64,000 nt of DNA, taken from positions 107,322,001-107,386,000 of the forward strand of contig OZ024745.1 in assembly GCA_964016885.1 (NCBI GenBank), read 5' to 3'. The stretch comes from Eledone cirrhosa. Taxonomy: Eukaryota. Below are positions 13,566-27,453 of the stretch, piece by piece; the first letter of the stretch is position 1; every line of letters begins with the position of its first letter. The position numbers were made by a program, and so were the translations under genes. A model generated the notes under the pieces. The model worked only from the letters and a program-made list of their open reading frames with translations. It did no database searches and was not told the DNA's origin.

Positions 13566-13873
13566 CGAAACATAAGTCAATTGCATGAACTCATAATCCT
13601 TTATTTACTGCTATTTATATTTCGATGATAGCCATTGAATGGCTATGACCTCATCAGGCAGTTAGTCAGTTCTTAGATATGCCAGCTCTGTGTTTATAGT
13701 GTTGATGGTATCAGAGCCTTGGTACATCAACACTATAAACACAGAGCTGGCATATCTAAGAACTGACTAACTGCCTGATGAGGTCATAGCCATTCAATGG
13801 CTATCATCGAAATATGTATAGCAGTAAATAAAGGATTATAAGTTCATGCAATTGACTTATGTTTCGTCACTAT
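13559..13873. mobile_element. HHR-bearing palindromic element (149-bp arms, 17-bp spacer)
   Basis: Arms 13559-13707 and 13725-13873. HHR actgc-CTGATGA-ggtcatagcca(ttcaa)tggctatcatc-GAAA-tatgta-TA-gcagt at 13770-13825(+), twin at 13607-13662(-). Confidence 0.85.
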
Positions 13874-13874
13874 T

Positions 13875-14059
13875 GTGGATTGGCAGTATCAGTAGAGAGT
13901 CGGACGCCATGCTTTCCAGCATAGTTACGTCCCTTTACGGTCTGAGTTCAAATCCCGCCGAGGTTAACTTTGCCTTTCATCCTTACGGGGTCGATAAAAT
14001 AAAGTACCAGTAATGTACTGGGAAATTGCTGGCCTTGTGCCAAAAGTAGAAACAATTAT
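13875..14059 (+). mobile_element. SINE family A, full length
   Basis: gtggattggcagtatc..ctgagttcaaatcccgccgagg..gaaacaattat. Confidence 0.9.
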
Positions 14060-14135
14060 AACTCCGGAACTTATATCTTCGTTGAGTGCTCCCTATCCGC
14101 ATACTGAAGTACTGGATTTTACCAACACTTACTTG

Positions 14136-14175
<40 letters not shown>

Positions 14176-14306
14176 GTAATGTAACGTCCAGTTACTGTAG
14201 GTTCACTAGAGCGAGCACTCGATGCGTAGTTTCCAGTAAGTATAGTTGTGTAGAACAAAGCAGAATGTAATAGTAATTAAAAGGACGATATGTTATGTTC
14301 CATTAC

Positions 14307-14430
14307 GTTTCGTCTCACATTCTGTTACCTCCTCAGCGACTGGGCTTTTATTGATGGTGTAGGACAGAACAAAGAGAGCCACAACATAAAAACCCAGTCA
14401 TTGACGAGGTCACAGTATGTGTGACGAAAA
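14307..14430. repeat. Inverted repeat with degenerate HHR in each arm
   Basis: tttcgtctcaca..cctcctcagcgactggg versus cccagtcattgacgaggtcacagtatgtgtgacgaaa. Confidence 0.5.
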
Positions 14431-14479
14431 AGCTTTGACAATATATATACACATACATATACATACATATATATATATA

Positions 14480-14567
<88 letters not shown>

Positions 14568-14571
14568 AGTA

Positions 14572-14621
<50 letters not shown>

Positions 14622-14911
14622 TTTATTTATATATTTATTTTCGCTTCTCTTCAAGTAATAATCTTTTTTGGTTTGTTGCCATGGACTGGACTCCATAATG
14701 GAAATAAAAATTAAAGGCGAAAATAAATAAATTACTGAAATATATTGCTAAAGTAAGCGTAAAGAATCAATATATTTCAATAACACAGTTTTGGACGTTA
14801 TAAATTTTATACATAGAACTATTAATTCTAAAAGTATAAGCATACTCTCTTAATATTTTCTTCATAGTTTGCATGTATATGTGAATACACGAATGTAAAT
14901 CAATTATATAT

Positions 14912-14961
<50 letters not shown>

Positions 14962-15719
14962 CCAGGGGGTATAACTAGGAGTTACTGCAGGTTCGCCCAG
15001 GAGAGCACTCGATGTTTAGGTTCACTTCTGTGATGAGGTGTAGAGCTATACAGAGTTTTAATATAGCCAACCCGTCTACCGACAATCCACTAACCTCATA
15101 CCACAGTAAGCGACCATACCCACCATCATATCATCACATCCACCCCCACATACTCTACACGCCAAGGCCAAGCCACCACCACCACACCACAGCCCATCTC
15201 ATCCACCGACCGTCACCAACATCTCACCATCACATCCACCCCCATATACACTACAGGCCAGTACATCGCCTTGATCCTTCCCACCAATCAAAACAACTCA
15301 TTTTGTCAAATTCTTGAAACTCTAACTTTACCACATAGCATGTTATTTCATTTTCTTATAGCATTTTAAGAGGGTCCGTCGGGCTGCCGATTATTGAGTC
15401 GGGTAGGATCGATACAGATCGAACCTTGAGCTGATCAGTGGCGAAACGCTCGTCACCTATCAATAAATGCAATGAAGGAGTAATCAATCGTCCTTATCCT
15501 TTCAATATATATATATATATATATATATATAGATAATTTAATATATCAACTAACATAAGCGCACAGATGCACGCCCATGCCAGCAAATACACAGGTTATG
15601 TCATAGTACCTAGGTGGTTCAATGCAGGAGAATGCAGAATAATAATATAAAGGACGTAAAATAAGAAAATATTTTTTTAAAAAAATTTTAAAAAAAATTT
15701 TTTTCTTACTTAAATTTTC

Positions 15720-15801
15720 ACTCCAACTAATTAGTTTCTGCAATGGGATAAAGACAGTTACGTAATCCAACTGTCGAGAATTCATTGCGTCATCAGGAAG
15801 T
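15720..15801 (-). ncRNA. Type I hammerhead ribozyme (unit 1)
   Basis: acttc-CTGATGA-c-gcaatg..gacagtt(ggattacgt)aactgtc..cattgc-a-GAAAC-taatta-GTT-ggagt; predicted cleavage between 15725 and 15724. Confidence 0.85.
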
Positions 15802-16278
15802 CTATTCTCAGTTAAGTCTCCAGGCAATGCGCGGACACTGGCGGCTCATATAAAAATAATAATAATTCGGTAGATCAAACAGCTTGCGAGGACTGGAATC
15901 TATGTACCGAAATTCTCACTGCTTCAAGTCAAATGGCCGATTCTAAAGAATCAATCACGTGACACAGAGGCTAGTTAGAAGGAATGGGATGGTAAGATGA
16001 CTGACGCCTACTAACACCCCAAAAAAAATTTTTTTTAGAAGTGGTTTTGACAAGTTTGCTCGACAAATCAGTGATTTGGAGATAAATATAGATAATTTAA
16101 TATATCAACTAACATAAGCGCACAGATGCACGCCCATGCCAGCAAATACACAGGTTATGTCATAGTACCTAGGTGGTTCAATGCAGGAGAATGCAGAATA
16201 ATAATATAAAGGACGTAAAATAAGAAAATATTTTTTTAAAAAAATTTTAAAAAAAATTTTTTTCTTACTTAAATTTTC

Positions 16279-16360
16279 ACTCCAACTAATTAGTTTCTGC
16301 AATGGGATAAAGACAGTTACGTAATCCAACTGTCGAGAATTCATTGCGTCATCAGGAAGT
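16279..16360 (-). ncRNA. Type I hammerhead ribozyme (unit 2)
   Basis: Identical to 15720-15801 and 559 bp away; predicted cleavage between 16284 and 16283. Confidence 0.85.
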
Positions 16361-16926
16361 CTATTCTCAGTTAAGTCTCCAGGCAATGCGCGGACACTGG
16401 CGGCTCATATAAAAATAATAATAATTCGGTAGATCGAACAGCTTGCGAGGACTGGAATCTATGTACCGAAATTCTCACTGCTTCAAGTCAAATGGCCGAT
16501 TCTAAAGAATCAATCACGTGACACAGAGGCTAGTTAGAAGGAATGGGATGGTAAGATGACTGACGCCTACTAACACCCCAAAAAAAATTTTTTTTAGAAG
16601 TGGTTTTGACAAGTTTGCTCGACAAATCAGTGATTTGGAGATAAATATAGATAATTTAATATATCAACTAACATAAGCGCACAGATGCACGCCCATGCCA
16701 GCAAATACACAGGTTATGTCATAGTACCTAGGTGGTTCAATGCAGGAGAATGCAGAATAATAATATAAAGGACGTAAAATAAGATGATGACGCAATGAAT
16801 TCTCGACAGTTGGATTACGTAACTGTCTTTATCCCATTGCAGAAACTAATTAGTTGGAGTGAAAATTTAAGTAAGAAAAAAATTTTTTTTAAATTTTTTT
16901 AAAAAAATATTTTCTTATTTTACGTC

Positions 16927-16970
<44 letters not shown>

Positions 16971-16979
<9 letters not shown>

Positions 16980-17532
16980 TAAAAAAATAATGAATAAAAC
17001 AATGAAACAGTTCCTTATATTAAACAAAAAAAGTTCATTATTTAACGATCGTTTCTAGGATATATATGTGTTAGAATTGGCATGCATATTCAACAGATCT
17101 ATGTACAAAATTATACAAAATTATACAAACTATCAAAATTAAATATACATACCAAACACATATATATGCCGTCTTCAGAAATAATAATTATTTCTGAAGA
17201 CGGCATATATATGTGTTTGGTATGTATATTTAATTTTGATAGTTTGTATAATTTTGTATAATTTTGTACATAGATCTGTTGAATATGCATGCCAATTCTA
17301 ACACATATATATCCTAGAAACGATCGTTAAATAATGAACTTTTTTTGTTTAATATAAGGAACTGTTTCATTGTTTTATTCATTATTTTTTTAATATTTTA
17401 TCTTGACTCTGTATTCCGTTTATCTTTCACCGAAAGTGATTTTTCATTGCATCTCTTCTTTCCATGATATCCGGATTACATTGAGTTCTTCATACGGATT
17501 GGACACTACCGTAAACTCTTGGTAGATTTATC

Positions 17533-17536
<4 letters not shown>
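16971..17536. mobile_element. HHR-bearing PLE-like element with a 215-bp-arm palindrome (16971-17401, 1-nt centre at 17186) and a 3' tail to ~17536
   Basis: attattt-CTGAAGA-[~115-nt stem II]-GAAAC-gatc-GTT-aaataat at 17187-17335(+) and 17037-17185(-). Family copies at 41667-42148 and 59972-60330. Confidence 0.85.
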
Positions 17537-17591
<55 letters not shown>

Positions 17592-17593
<2 letters not shown>

Positions 17594-17912
17594 TTTTCAA
17601 TGTGGTCTTCCCTTCGTGGTTATTCCGTTCCGTAGATAAAACTCAACGTAATCTGTTAGTGAGTAATCCAGTGAAATCCATAGAAAGGTTCCGTGTTCCG
17701 CTGAGTTAATTCCTTAGGTACAGAATCTGCTATTAGATATTAATTTAACAATGAAAATAATAACAACAAAGTCAATTTTTTTACTTATTCATATCATTGT
17801 TTTACGATCGTTTCGGACAGTTGATCATATTGGCATATTGACTGATCTATAGTAGTTATATAACTGTATACTATCAGACGTCATATATAGGTTCGATCAG
17901 ACCGTGTTCGGA
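17592..17912 (-). mobile_element. Diverged relative of the 17 kb family pointing into the same (TA)n tract
   Basis: Minus strand keeps GAAACGATCGTAaaacaatg and a tail gattacgttgagttttatctacggaacgga similar to gattacattgagttcttcatacggattgga. Confidence 0.45.
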
Positions 17913-18183
17913 GAGAAGGAGAGAGAGAGAGAGAGAGTGGGGAGATAGAGATATATCAACTGAATTCGGAGACGGAATACAGCAGCGCACCATGGCTGTT
18001 TACTAAGTGTTTCAGATAGGGAATATGTCTGTAATTGGGGGGAAAGACTCATATTTATACTGCAGCGACAAAGGACTTTGAATTCGAAACCCTTTGTTCA
18101 TACTGGCAGCTCCTTCGAACATAACCTGACGCAACAAGGAAAAATTTACTGACATACTGAGAGGAATTCACGTTAATAAACAG

Positions 18184-18650
18184 AAGGTAGCGGTAGTGGT
18201 GGTGGTAGTGGTGATGGTAGTGGTAGTGGTAGTGGTAGTGGTAGTGGTAGTGGTAGAGGTGGTAGTGTTAGTGGTAATGGTAGTGGTAGTGGTGGTGGTA
18301 GTGGTAGTGGTCTATCCATTATCATGTTCATCTCTATCTTTGTCAATATCAATATCGCCATTATCATCAACATCAGCCACATGATCACAATTATATTTAT
18401 TATTATCATAAACATCATAATTATCATCCTCACTATCATCGTACATCATCATCAGCATCAGCATCGTCATCGTCATCGCCATCGTCATCATCGTCATCAT
18501 CATCGTCTTTATCGTTATCATCGTCATCATCATCATCATCATCACCATCATCATGATCACCATCATCGTCATCATCATCATCACCATCATCACCATCACC
18601 ATCATCGTCATCATCATCATTATCGTCATTATCATCATCACCATCATCGT
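18184..18650 (+). repeat. (GGTAGT)n tract and (CAT/CGT/CAC)n tract
   Basis: Directly visible; source of the poly-V/H/M ORFs. Confidence 0.9.
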
Positions 18651-18693
18651 TGTGAGTTTAGTTGATGCGATAAAGCCATTACATTATATAATA

Positions 18694-19342
18694 CTAGCAG
18701 TAGGGTGGTTTTCTGCGAGCATGTGTAGTGTGTATATTGATATTATACGCAAGTCTATATAATTGTTTCTACTTTTGGCACAAGGCCAGCAATTATTCCA
18801 GTGTATTACTGGTACTTTATTTTATCGACCCCTTAAGGATGAAAGGCAAAGTTAACCTCGGCGGGTTTTGAACTCAGTCCGTAAAGGGACGTAACTGTGC
18901 TGCAAAGCATGGCGTCCGACCCTCTACCGATACTGCCAATCCAATGTAGATATGATATATCAAATAAAATCGTAATTGACAATATACACAGAAAGTGAAC
19001 GAAGTCTGCGTTACACTGTCTTATGTAATAAGTAACGTAATCCATGATACATTAAAAAAGACGATATTATATATAAACTGCATTAGGAGAAAATTAGTGA
19101 CAGAAAAATAATATGTTCATTTAAGCGATCGTCACCGGAAGTGTTGACATTTGAACATTTTAAAGAAGTGAATCTTTAAATAAATAATGAAATATATTTA
19201 ATGAACAGCAACGAAATTTAGTAGATAAATTATGTAATATTCATTCATTATTTATTCAAAGTAATCCAATTTATTTTACTAATGGGATAAACAATTATAA
19301 ACCGTACGCAGTCCCGTGCTTCTTACTTTATTATAGTTTAGA
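18694..19342 (-). mobile_element. Non-autonomous Helitron-like element interrupted by a SINE
   Basis: Minus strand begins A^TCTAAACTATAATAAAG and ends CTAG^T; reverse-complement homologue of 35423-35889. Confidence 0.7.
18759..18943 (-). mobile_element. SINE family A nested in the Helitron-like element
   Basis: Matches consensus; absent from the 35.4 kb copy. Confidence 0.9.
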
Positions 19343-19625
19343 TTCGCATGTATGCAACACAAGTTGTTGCTATTTCTACTTCAGCTAATGATACAGCATT
19401 ATCAACAATCTCGGGCCATTGAGGGTGCGTCAATATGGTAACAAGATCAGTTGGATATATCTGCTAAATAACTCTCACATCATGACATGGCATTTCACCA
19501 TACACCATTTAGACCTGTGTATCTGAAGAGTTTCCAGTGTACCAAACTGCTTTCCACTGTACAGCCACTCAAGTGTTTGAGAATTGCATGTGTTTAAACC
19601 AATTTCATTTACTATTGACACGGTA

Positions 19626-20669
19626 TCACTACCACTACCACTACCATTACCACTACAACTACCACTACCACTACCACCACCACTACCACTACCACCACTA
19701 CAGCTACCACTACCACTATCGATACCACTACCACTACCACTAACATTACCACTACCACTACCACTACCACCACCACTACCACTACCATTACCACCACTAC
19801 CACTACCACTACCACCACCACTACCACTACAACTACCAACAATACCACTATCACCACTACCGCTACCACTACCACTACCACTACCACTACCACCACTACC
19901 ACTGCCACCACCACCACTACCACTACCACTACCACTACCACTACCACTACCATCACCACCACTACCACTACCACTACAACTACCACTACCACCACTACAA
20001 CTACCACTACCAATACCACCACCACTACCACTACCACTATCACTACCACTACCGCTACCACTACCACTACCACTATCACAATCACTACGACCACTATCAC
20101 TACCACTACCACTACTACTACAACCACCACCACCACTACCACTACTACCACTACCACTACCACTACCACCACCACTACCACTACCGGTACCGCTACCACT
20201 ACCACTACAACAACCACTACGACCACTACCACTACCACTACCACTACCGCTACCACTACCACTACCACTACCACTACAACCACCACCACCACCACCACCA
20301 CCATCACTACCACCACCACCACTACCACCACCACTAAAACTACCATTACCATCACTACCACACCTACCACCTCTACCACTACCACTACCACCACTACCAC
20401 TACCACTACCGCTACCACTACCACTACAACTACCACTACCACTACCAATGCCACCACCACTACCGCTACCACCACCACTACCACTACAACTACCATCACT
20501 ACCACTACCACCACACCACCACCACCACCACCACCACCACCACCACTACCACCACCACCACCACCACCACCACCACCACCACCACCACCACTACCACTAC
20601 CACCACCACCACCACACCTACCGCTACCACTACCACCACCACCACTACCACCCCCACCCCCACCACCAC
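19626..20669 (+). repeat. ~1-kb (CCACTA)n/(CCA)n satellite
   Basis: Directly visible; source of the 363-aa and 406-aa low-complexity ORFs. Confidence 0.95.
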
Positions 20670-21165
20670 GGATAATAAGGAAAAAATGTATTAATGGAAT
20701 GATATTCCGGGATAGACAGAGAGAAGGAAAGTAAAAAAAAAAGATCTTCACCATCCCACTCCGACATCTTCCATGTAATCTGGACAACCTTATCGGCTGT
20801 ATTAACGCCAAGAACATGGTAAATGAAGTCACTATAGCAACAGCCTGCCTCAGTCATCTTCGCAAGCCTTACCCATCAAATCCGTGATCGGAAATATTTC
20901 CTCTCTATGACTATTTTGCATTAATGCCCTATTGAACATAACATAGAAAGGGAACACCAGCTCGACTAAAATAACAAAAAAAAAAAAAAATGATTTCTAT
21001 CTTTTGTTTTTAGGGGTTTTATTTTGTTCTTTTTTGTTTTTGTTATTTTTTTTTTATTTTTTTTTGTTGTTGTTGTTTTTGTTAATTTTGCGTTTTACAT
21101 AACATCCTTTGAATCGGAAGTTTCAAATTTGTTTTTTACTTAAAAAAGATGTTCATAACATTGAG

Positions 21166-21923
<758 letters not shown>

Positions 21924-22029
21924 AATACAGTCAGAATGGTTTGTCATATTTATCATATGTAAGATTAAGTATGCTAACCCTATTATTATTATTATTATTA
22001 ATGTTATTATTATTATTACTATATATATA

Positions 22030-22452
22030 AGCAAAAGGGATATTTAATTTGTTGGTAATTCAACAAATATATATGTTTATAACTGATTCGAAGCACTCGA
22101 CAGTTTCTGGAGTTTAATATCAATGATATTAAATAAATAGAAACTATATTTATAAAACCATATTTATTCTATTATATATATTTCAAGGGTACCAAAACAT
22201 TGGTACGCACTCATCAGATAAAATACAAAGTTTATTTTGTAAATATTGACATATCCAGGAAGAAGATCTTAATAGTTCAAGTTATTCCTTGCATCATTAA
22301 GATCTTCTTCCTGGATATGTCAGTATTTACAAAATAAACTTTTTATTTCATCTGATGAGAGCGTAACAAAGTTTTGATACCCTTGAAATATATATAATAG
22401 AATAAATATGGTTTTATAAATATAGTTTCCATTTATTTAATATCATTGAATA
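22030..22452. mobile_element. HHR-bearing palindromic PLE-like element, family D (arms ~22120-22274 and ~22295-22449)
   Basis: HHR ttttat-CTGATGA-..gtacca..tggtaccctt-GAAA-tatata-TA-atagaa at 22167-22223(-), twin at 22346-22402(+). Confidence 0.8.
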
Positions 22453-22458
22453 TATATA

Positions 22459-22561
<103 letters not shown>

Positions 22562-22903
22562 GTAGAAGTTATATTTAATTTGTTGGGATACAACAAGCAA
22601 AATATTTTTATAACTGATATAAAGCGCTCAACAAATTATTGGAGTAAATATACAATATATTAACAAATGGAAACTATATTTATAAAACAATATTTATTTC
22701 ATTATACATATTTCAAGGGCCACCAAGGAGACTCCAACCGTGAAGGTTGCATTTTTCAGGGTATGTCAATATTTATTTATAAAACTAATCTATATTATAT
22801 TTTTTATCTGATGAAAGCGCACCATAATCTGCCTTGGTGGCCCTTGAAATATGTATAATGAAATAAATATGGTTTTATAAATATAGTTTCCATTTGTTAA
22901 TAT

Positions 22904-22912
<9 letters not shown>
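22562..22912. mobile_element. Family D relative with inverted arms and HHR at 22802-22863(+)
   Basis: ttttat-CTGATGA-aagcgcacca..tggtggccctt-GAAA-tatgta-TA-atgaaa. Confidence 0.75.
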
Positions 22913-22970
<58 letters not shown>

Positions 22971-25189
22971 TATATGTTTACATTTCTAGAAAATCTTTAT
23001 ATTGTCTAACATGACGTTCTTTCCTTCTTTTACTAGCTCTAAGCTGTTTTTTTTTTATATTTACCCATCGTATTGTTGTTGTTCTTACACCAGATCTATG
23101 ATTTGAGATGTTCCAACCGCGACCAACTATCTCTCCGTTTGCTTGATTAGTTAATGTTTCGTATTATTTTTATGTATGTAGGCTTTGATTTGAGTGAGAA
23201 TTTGGATGTTTCATGAAATTAGGGTAAGCATACTTAATCTACATATGATAAATATTACAAAGCATTCCGACTGTTATCCTACGGATGCTAACAATGCAGC
23301 ATCATAGAAAATTTCTATTATATTAAAAAAAAGTCTATGAACGAGGGAAATTGGCAGAAGAAAACACAGTTCAATATAAAATTACTTACTTCCACTAGAA
23401 TAAAATTAATTTCAGTCACCTATTTTGCGGTTATATATTAAGCTGTAGGCTTCTGGCAAACTGTTGATGTTGGTACTAATGTTAGATATTATCATCATAC
23501 TGGTGGTATTGCAGAGCGTGCTGGGAGAAGAAATGATCTTAACAATAATTCTAAAGATGGCAACGACGACGATGATAAAACTCTCAGGAAAATGGTTATC
23601 ATCATGATCATAGAGAAAATATTGATTTATTTATTGACAAGTCAAGCAATATGGAATAACTTTGATAAATTATATACAACGTGTGTGACTTGTTCTATTG
23701 GTGTTTTCGAGATTTTGGAATAAGTTAAAAGAAACATTTTTCAATAGCGGAAAAACAATATTATAACTGTGTGAGCCAATATGGCTGATTGCCCACTCTT
23801 CAATTTGCCTTTAATGGAAGTTTATACAGAATCGTTCTCAGTCACTAAAAATATGTCAAAAGGGTTTTTAAATATATAGAAAAAAAAAAACGATATAAAA
23901 ATTTCACACATTGCCAAGTGGGTTAAATCATATTCAGACGACAAAATGATAAGAGTAATATGAATTAAAATGAAAATAAAGCAAAAAAGAAAATGGAAAT
24001 ATTTGAATAATCAGAAATATGTCAAGAGAATTATTATAGAAAAAGTAATGATAGTTGAATATATCATGTTTAGAATTTCTGAACATAAATCGTTGATATT
24101 AGAAAGTAACAGACACTTTTTTAATCTTACCATATCGATAAAATTTGATAGAATTTTCTAAATATAATCCTAGTTAAGTATGAGACACATATCATCTTGT
24201 ATCACATCCAAGAACTTTATTTTTGATTGTATTTAGACACAGGTTATCCTTGATCCAGTGAACCTGACGTTCCAACCAGCTGGACTTTTCTTTTCTGACA
24301 TGATATATCCAAGTTCAATTTTCTTTAAATCGTAGGTTTCGGTTTGAGGTTTTTTGCTGGTAATTATAGCAGTTTCAGCGATCACATAAAAACGTCACCG
24401 CTGGTATCCCCAAGTGTATTTTAATAGACAAGTTAGTGCTGATATATTTAATACAAAGAACATTAACTCGCTATATAGAAATCAATATAGGAAAGAAAAA
24501 TAACATATTAGTTGGCAAGTACCTGTACTCAATGATTCGAGGGATAAATCAGAATAATAGCTAAACATACTTAGTTTGACGACCGTACCGAGGTTTTTAT
24601 AACACACGTAGCTTTGCAAATGGACACAACTTTCCAGATATGTAAAATGTATTCTAGTTTATGCTACAAGATAAAAATTGAAATTTGAGCCTATGAAAAT
24701 GAAATAACATCATACATTGAAACGAAAATAAAAATTATGAAACCAGGTGTTTCATAATTTATGTAACATAAATTATGTAACAAAGATATTTTTATGATAT
24801 TCCATTTTATTAATGTAAAAGTAGTTTGTATTTACTTTGAGACCCCTTCACAGAATCTTGATGACAATAACAGTCTGTTAAATAAAATCGTCACAAAATG
24901 ACCTATTAACTGACAGCAATTTTGGTGGAGGTTTTGTTAAACACACAGCGTCAGTCTCTTTTCCAAAGATTCCTAAGGCTGGAAATAAAAAAAACACTGA
25001 TTGTTTGACGTAGTAAGAAACAATAACCCAGGTAACATTTTTATCTTTAAAGAGAAAACTAAAAATGATTGCATCTGAGTAAAATCCGAAAAGGCACCTG
25101 AGGTGATGTTTTTTAACATGACAATGGATTAATACTAGCGATTTTAATTTCGATAACTGAAATTTGAAGCTTCTGTTTTACAAACCTTT

Positions 25190-25525
25190 CAAATCGCCCG
25201 ACATCAGAATTTTGTCATTGCTATTTACATTTTCCAAGACTATTCGCAGATCCACGTAAAATGTATTTATTTCTTCTCAGGGACTTACAAAAGTTGTAGC
25301 GTACACATGACCCAACGTCATAAAATGGCTACAGTGGAGCGACAACCTAAGTGTCATGATCTGATCGGAGACACCATGCAAAATCCAGATCAGATGCTGC
25401 ACCAGGGAGTCTCTTAGAGCATAACCGACTCCTGCTTCACGACACTCATTTTCTGGGCGATATTTGTAGAATAAGGTGTATCCTGAGTCTGTTTCCTCTA
25501 ACAGGCCAACATCCAGAGTCACCTA
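25190..25525 (-). mobile_element. RTE-clade LINE AP-endonuclease fragment
   Basis: SGYTLFY..REAGVGYAL..GVSDQIMTLRL..VYATT matches the RTE EN pattern gYTffw..reaGVgfai..sdRlmtlrl..aYAPT. Confidence 0.75.
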
Positions 25526-26178
25526 TGTGTGGGTTTGCTACTACGTACTTTCAGTTTATTTAGGCAAATAAATGCTACAGATCTCCCCATTGCACAGGAT
25601 ATTTGAATGAAATGTTGTATGTTATCCGTACATGATCTAAGTTCCTGTGCGATAATTTGATTACAGTAGACGTAGCCTGAACAGGAAAACGCCTACTTTT
25701 CAGACAAAACCAACAGGAAAATCCGATAGCCCAGCATATATGATGGGATGACCAGCAATTGATACATCTTCAGGTTTTCTACCAGTTTCCCTAGTAAACT
25801 GATGAATGACTGTTGACTCTTGTGAGCTCCTTCCCACTTTGACCTGTTGTACAAAATATCCCCCTGCTCACCATGTTAATTTGATGGAGCTACCAGTTTA
25901 GTCGCCGACGATCCGACCATTCAACAGGTTGTACTGGGATACATTTTACCAGTAGCGTTTGTACGAAACTGATTGCTGAACACAGCCAAAACAACTAGGC
26001 CTCACGATCGGGTTAATCTCTCTATATAAATACTTTGCATCTCCTTATCCATGGAGTACTTCCAAGATTTGTTGTCAACTCGGTTTCAGCACCGTAGAAC
26101 CTGTTTGTGTTTGATTTTGTGTACATATATATGTAAATATTTATATATATTATTTATAAATAATTGTATATATGTTGC

Positions 26179-26219
<41 letters not shown>

Positions 26220-26225
<6 letters not shown>

Positions 26226-26481
26226 GTTTCTACTTTTGGCACAAGGCCAGCAATTACGCAGTTCATTGCTGGTACTTTATTTTATGGTCCCGGTAAGGAT
26301 GAAAGGCAAAGTTTACCTCGACGGGATTTGAACTCAGAATATAAAGGGACATAACTCTATGCTAGAAAGCATGGCGTCCGACCCTCTACCGATACTGCCA
26401 ACCCATATATATATAATTGTTTCTACTTTTGGCACAAGGCCAGCAATTACGCAGTGCATTACTGGTACTTTATTTTATCGA
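26220..26481 (-). mobile_element. SINE family A full copy (26220-26405) plus a partial duplicate (26413-26481)
   Basis: Matches consensus; both copies share the variant caattacgcagt. Confidence 0.85.
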
Positions 26482-26648
26482 TATATATATATAATGCAAC
26501 ATATATACAATTATTCAATCTGTCGGATTAAAGAAAAAAGTAATCTTTAAATATACTATGCATTTTCTCCTTCACTTTCTAACTATATATATATATATAT
26601 TTATATATATATTTATATATATATATATACACACACATATGTGTGTGT

Positions 26649-26720
<72 letters not shown>

Positions 26721-27329
26721 CACACACACATATGTGTGTGTGTGTTGTGTATGTATATATATATTTATACATATATATATATATGTACCCACAACACATA
26801 TGTGTGTGTGTTGTGTGTGTATGTGTGTATGTGGTGAGTTTGTGTATATATGTATGTACGTGTGTATGTGTATGCAAATGTATGTATACATGTGTGTGTG
26901 TGACGACTGATTCTGTTTGCGCGTGTTTGGCGTGTTTATTTAAATACACACTTACACACTCTTTACATCCCTGCCTAGCTCGTCTCTTACATTCGTCTCC
27001 AGTTACCGACATAGTCACAGCGCACATTGTCCCCGCAAGATAACTGATCTACATTGATTTTATCAGAACTTTCATACAATGAACTTTGACATAATGAAAT
27101 CAACCCTAATTTTGTGTTATTGGCGGTGATGGGGGATGGGTGGGGGCAGCGGTTATGCTGGAACAGACGTGTAGAAAGAGTAACGTTGAATGTTTTGAGG
27201 GGAAATAACTGTATTAGAGGGTAGAAAGTTGTTATAATAGCAGAGGAGATTTGAAGTTACGCGGCTGACTTAGGTGTTATCGTTATTGTAATTTGTGTTA
27301 TGTTGTTTGCTTGGTGATAGTATTGATGC

Positions 27330-27453
27330 TGGTGGTGGTGGTGGTGGTGTTGGTGGTGGTGGTGGTGGTGGTGGTGGTGGTGGTGTTGGTGGTGGTGTTG
27401 GTGGTGGTGGTGGTGGTGTTGGTGGTGGTGGTGGTGGTGGTGGTGGTGGTGTT
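27330..27453 (+). repeat. (GGT)n microsatellite
   Basis: Directly visible. Confidence 0.95.

Larger units (their letters stand above)
15531..16934 (-). mobile_element. Retrozyme-like element: 2.24 near-identical 559-bp tandem units (15531-16784) plus an inverted segment (16785-16934), flanked by (TA)n
   Basis: Units start at 15531, 16090 and 16649; one HHR per full unit; homologous to 6863-7975. Confidence 0.9.

Noticed and set aside
15546-16386. Duplicated 93-aa ORF in the 559-bp units
   Set aside because: No true ATG start, it runs through the HHR and an A/T tract, and I saw no equivalent ORF in the 6.9 kb sister element.
16971-17401. Perfect palindromes as fold-back assembly artefacts
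   Set aside because: Not excluded for this copy alone. However, most palindromes have diverged arms, and separate loci share family-specific endpoints, which artefacts would not reproduce.
19584-20832. 363-aa Pro/Leu and 406-aa Val/Gly ORFs
   Set aside because: Stop-free translations of the (CCACTA)n satellite with no domain content.
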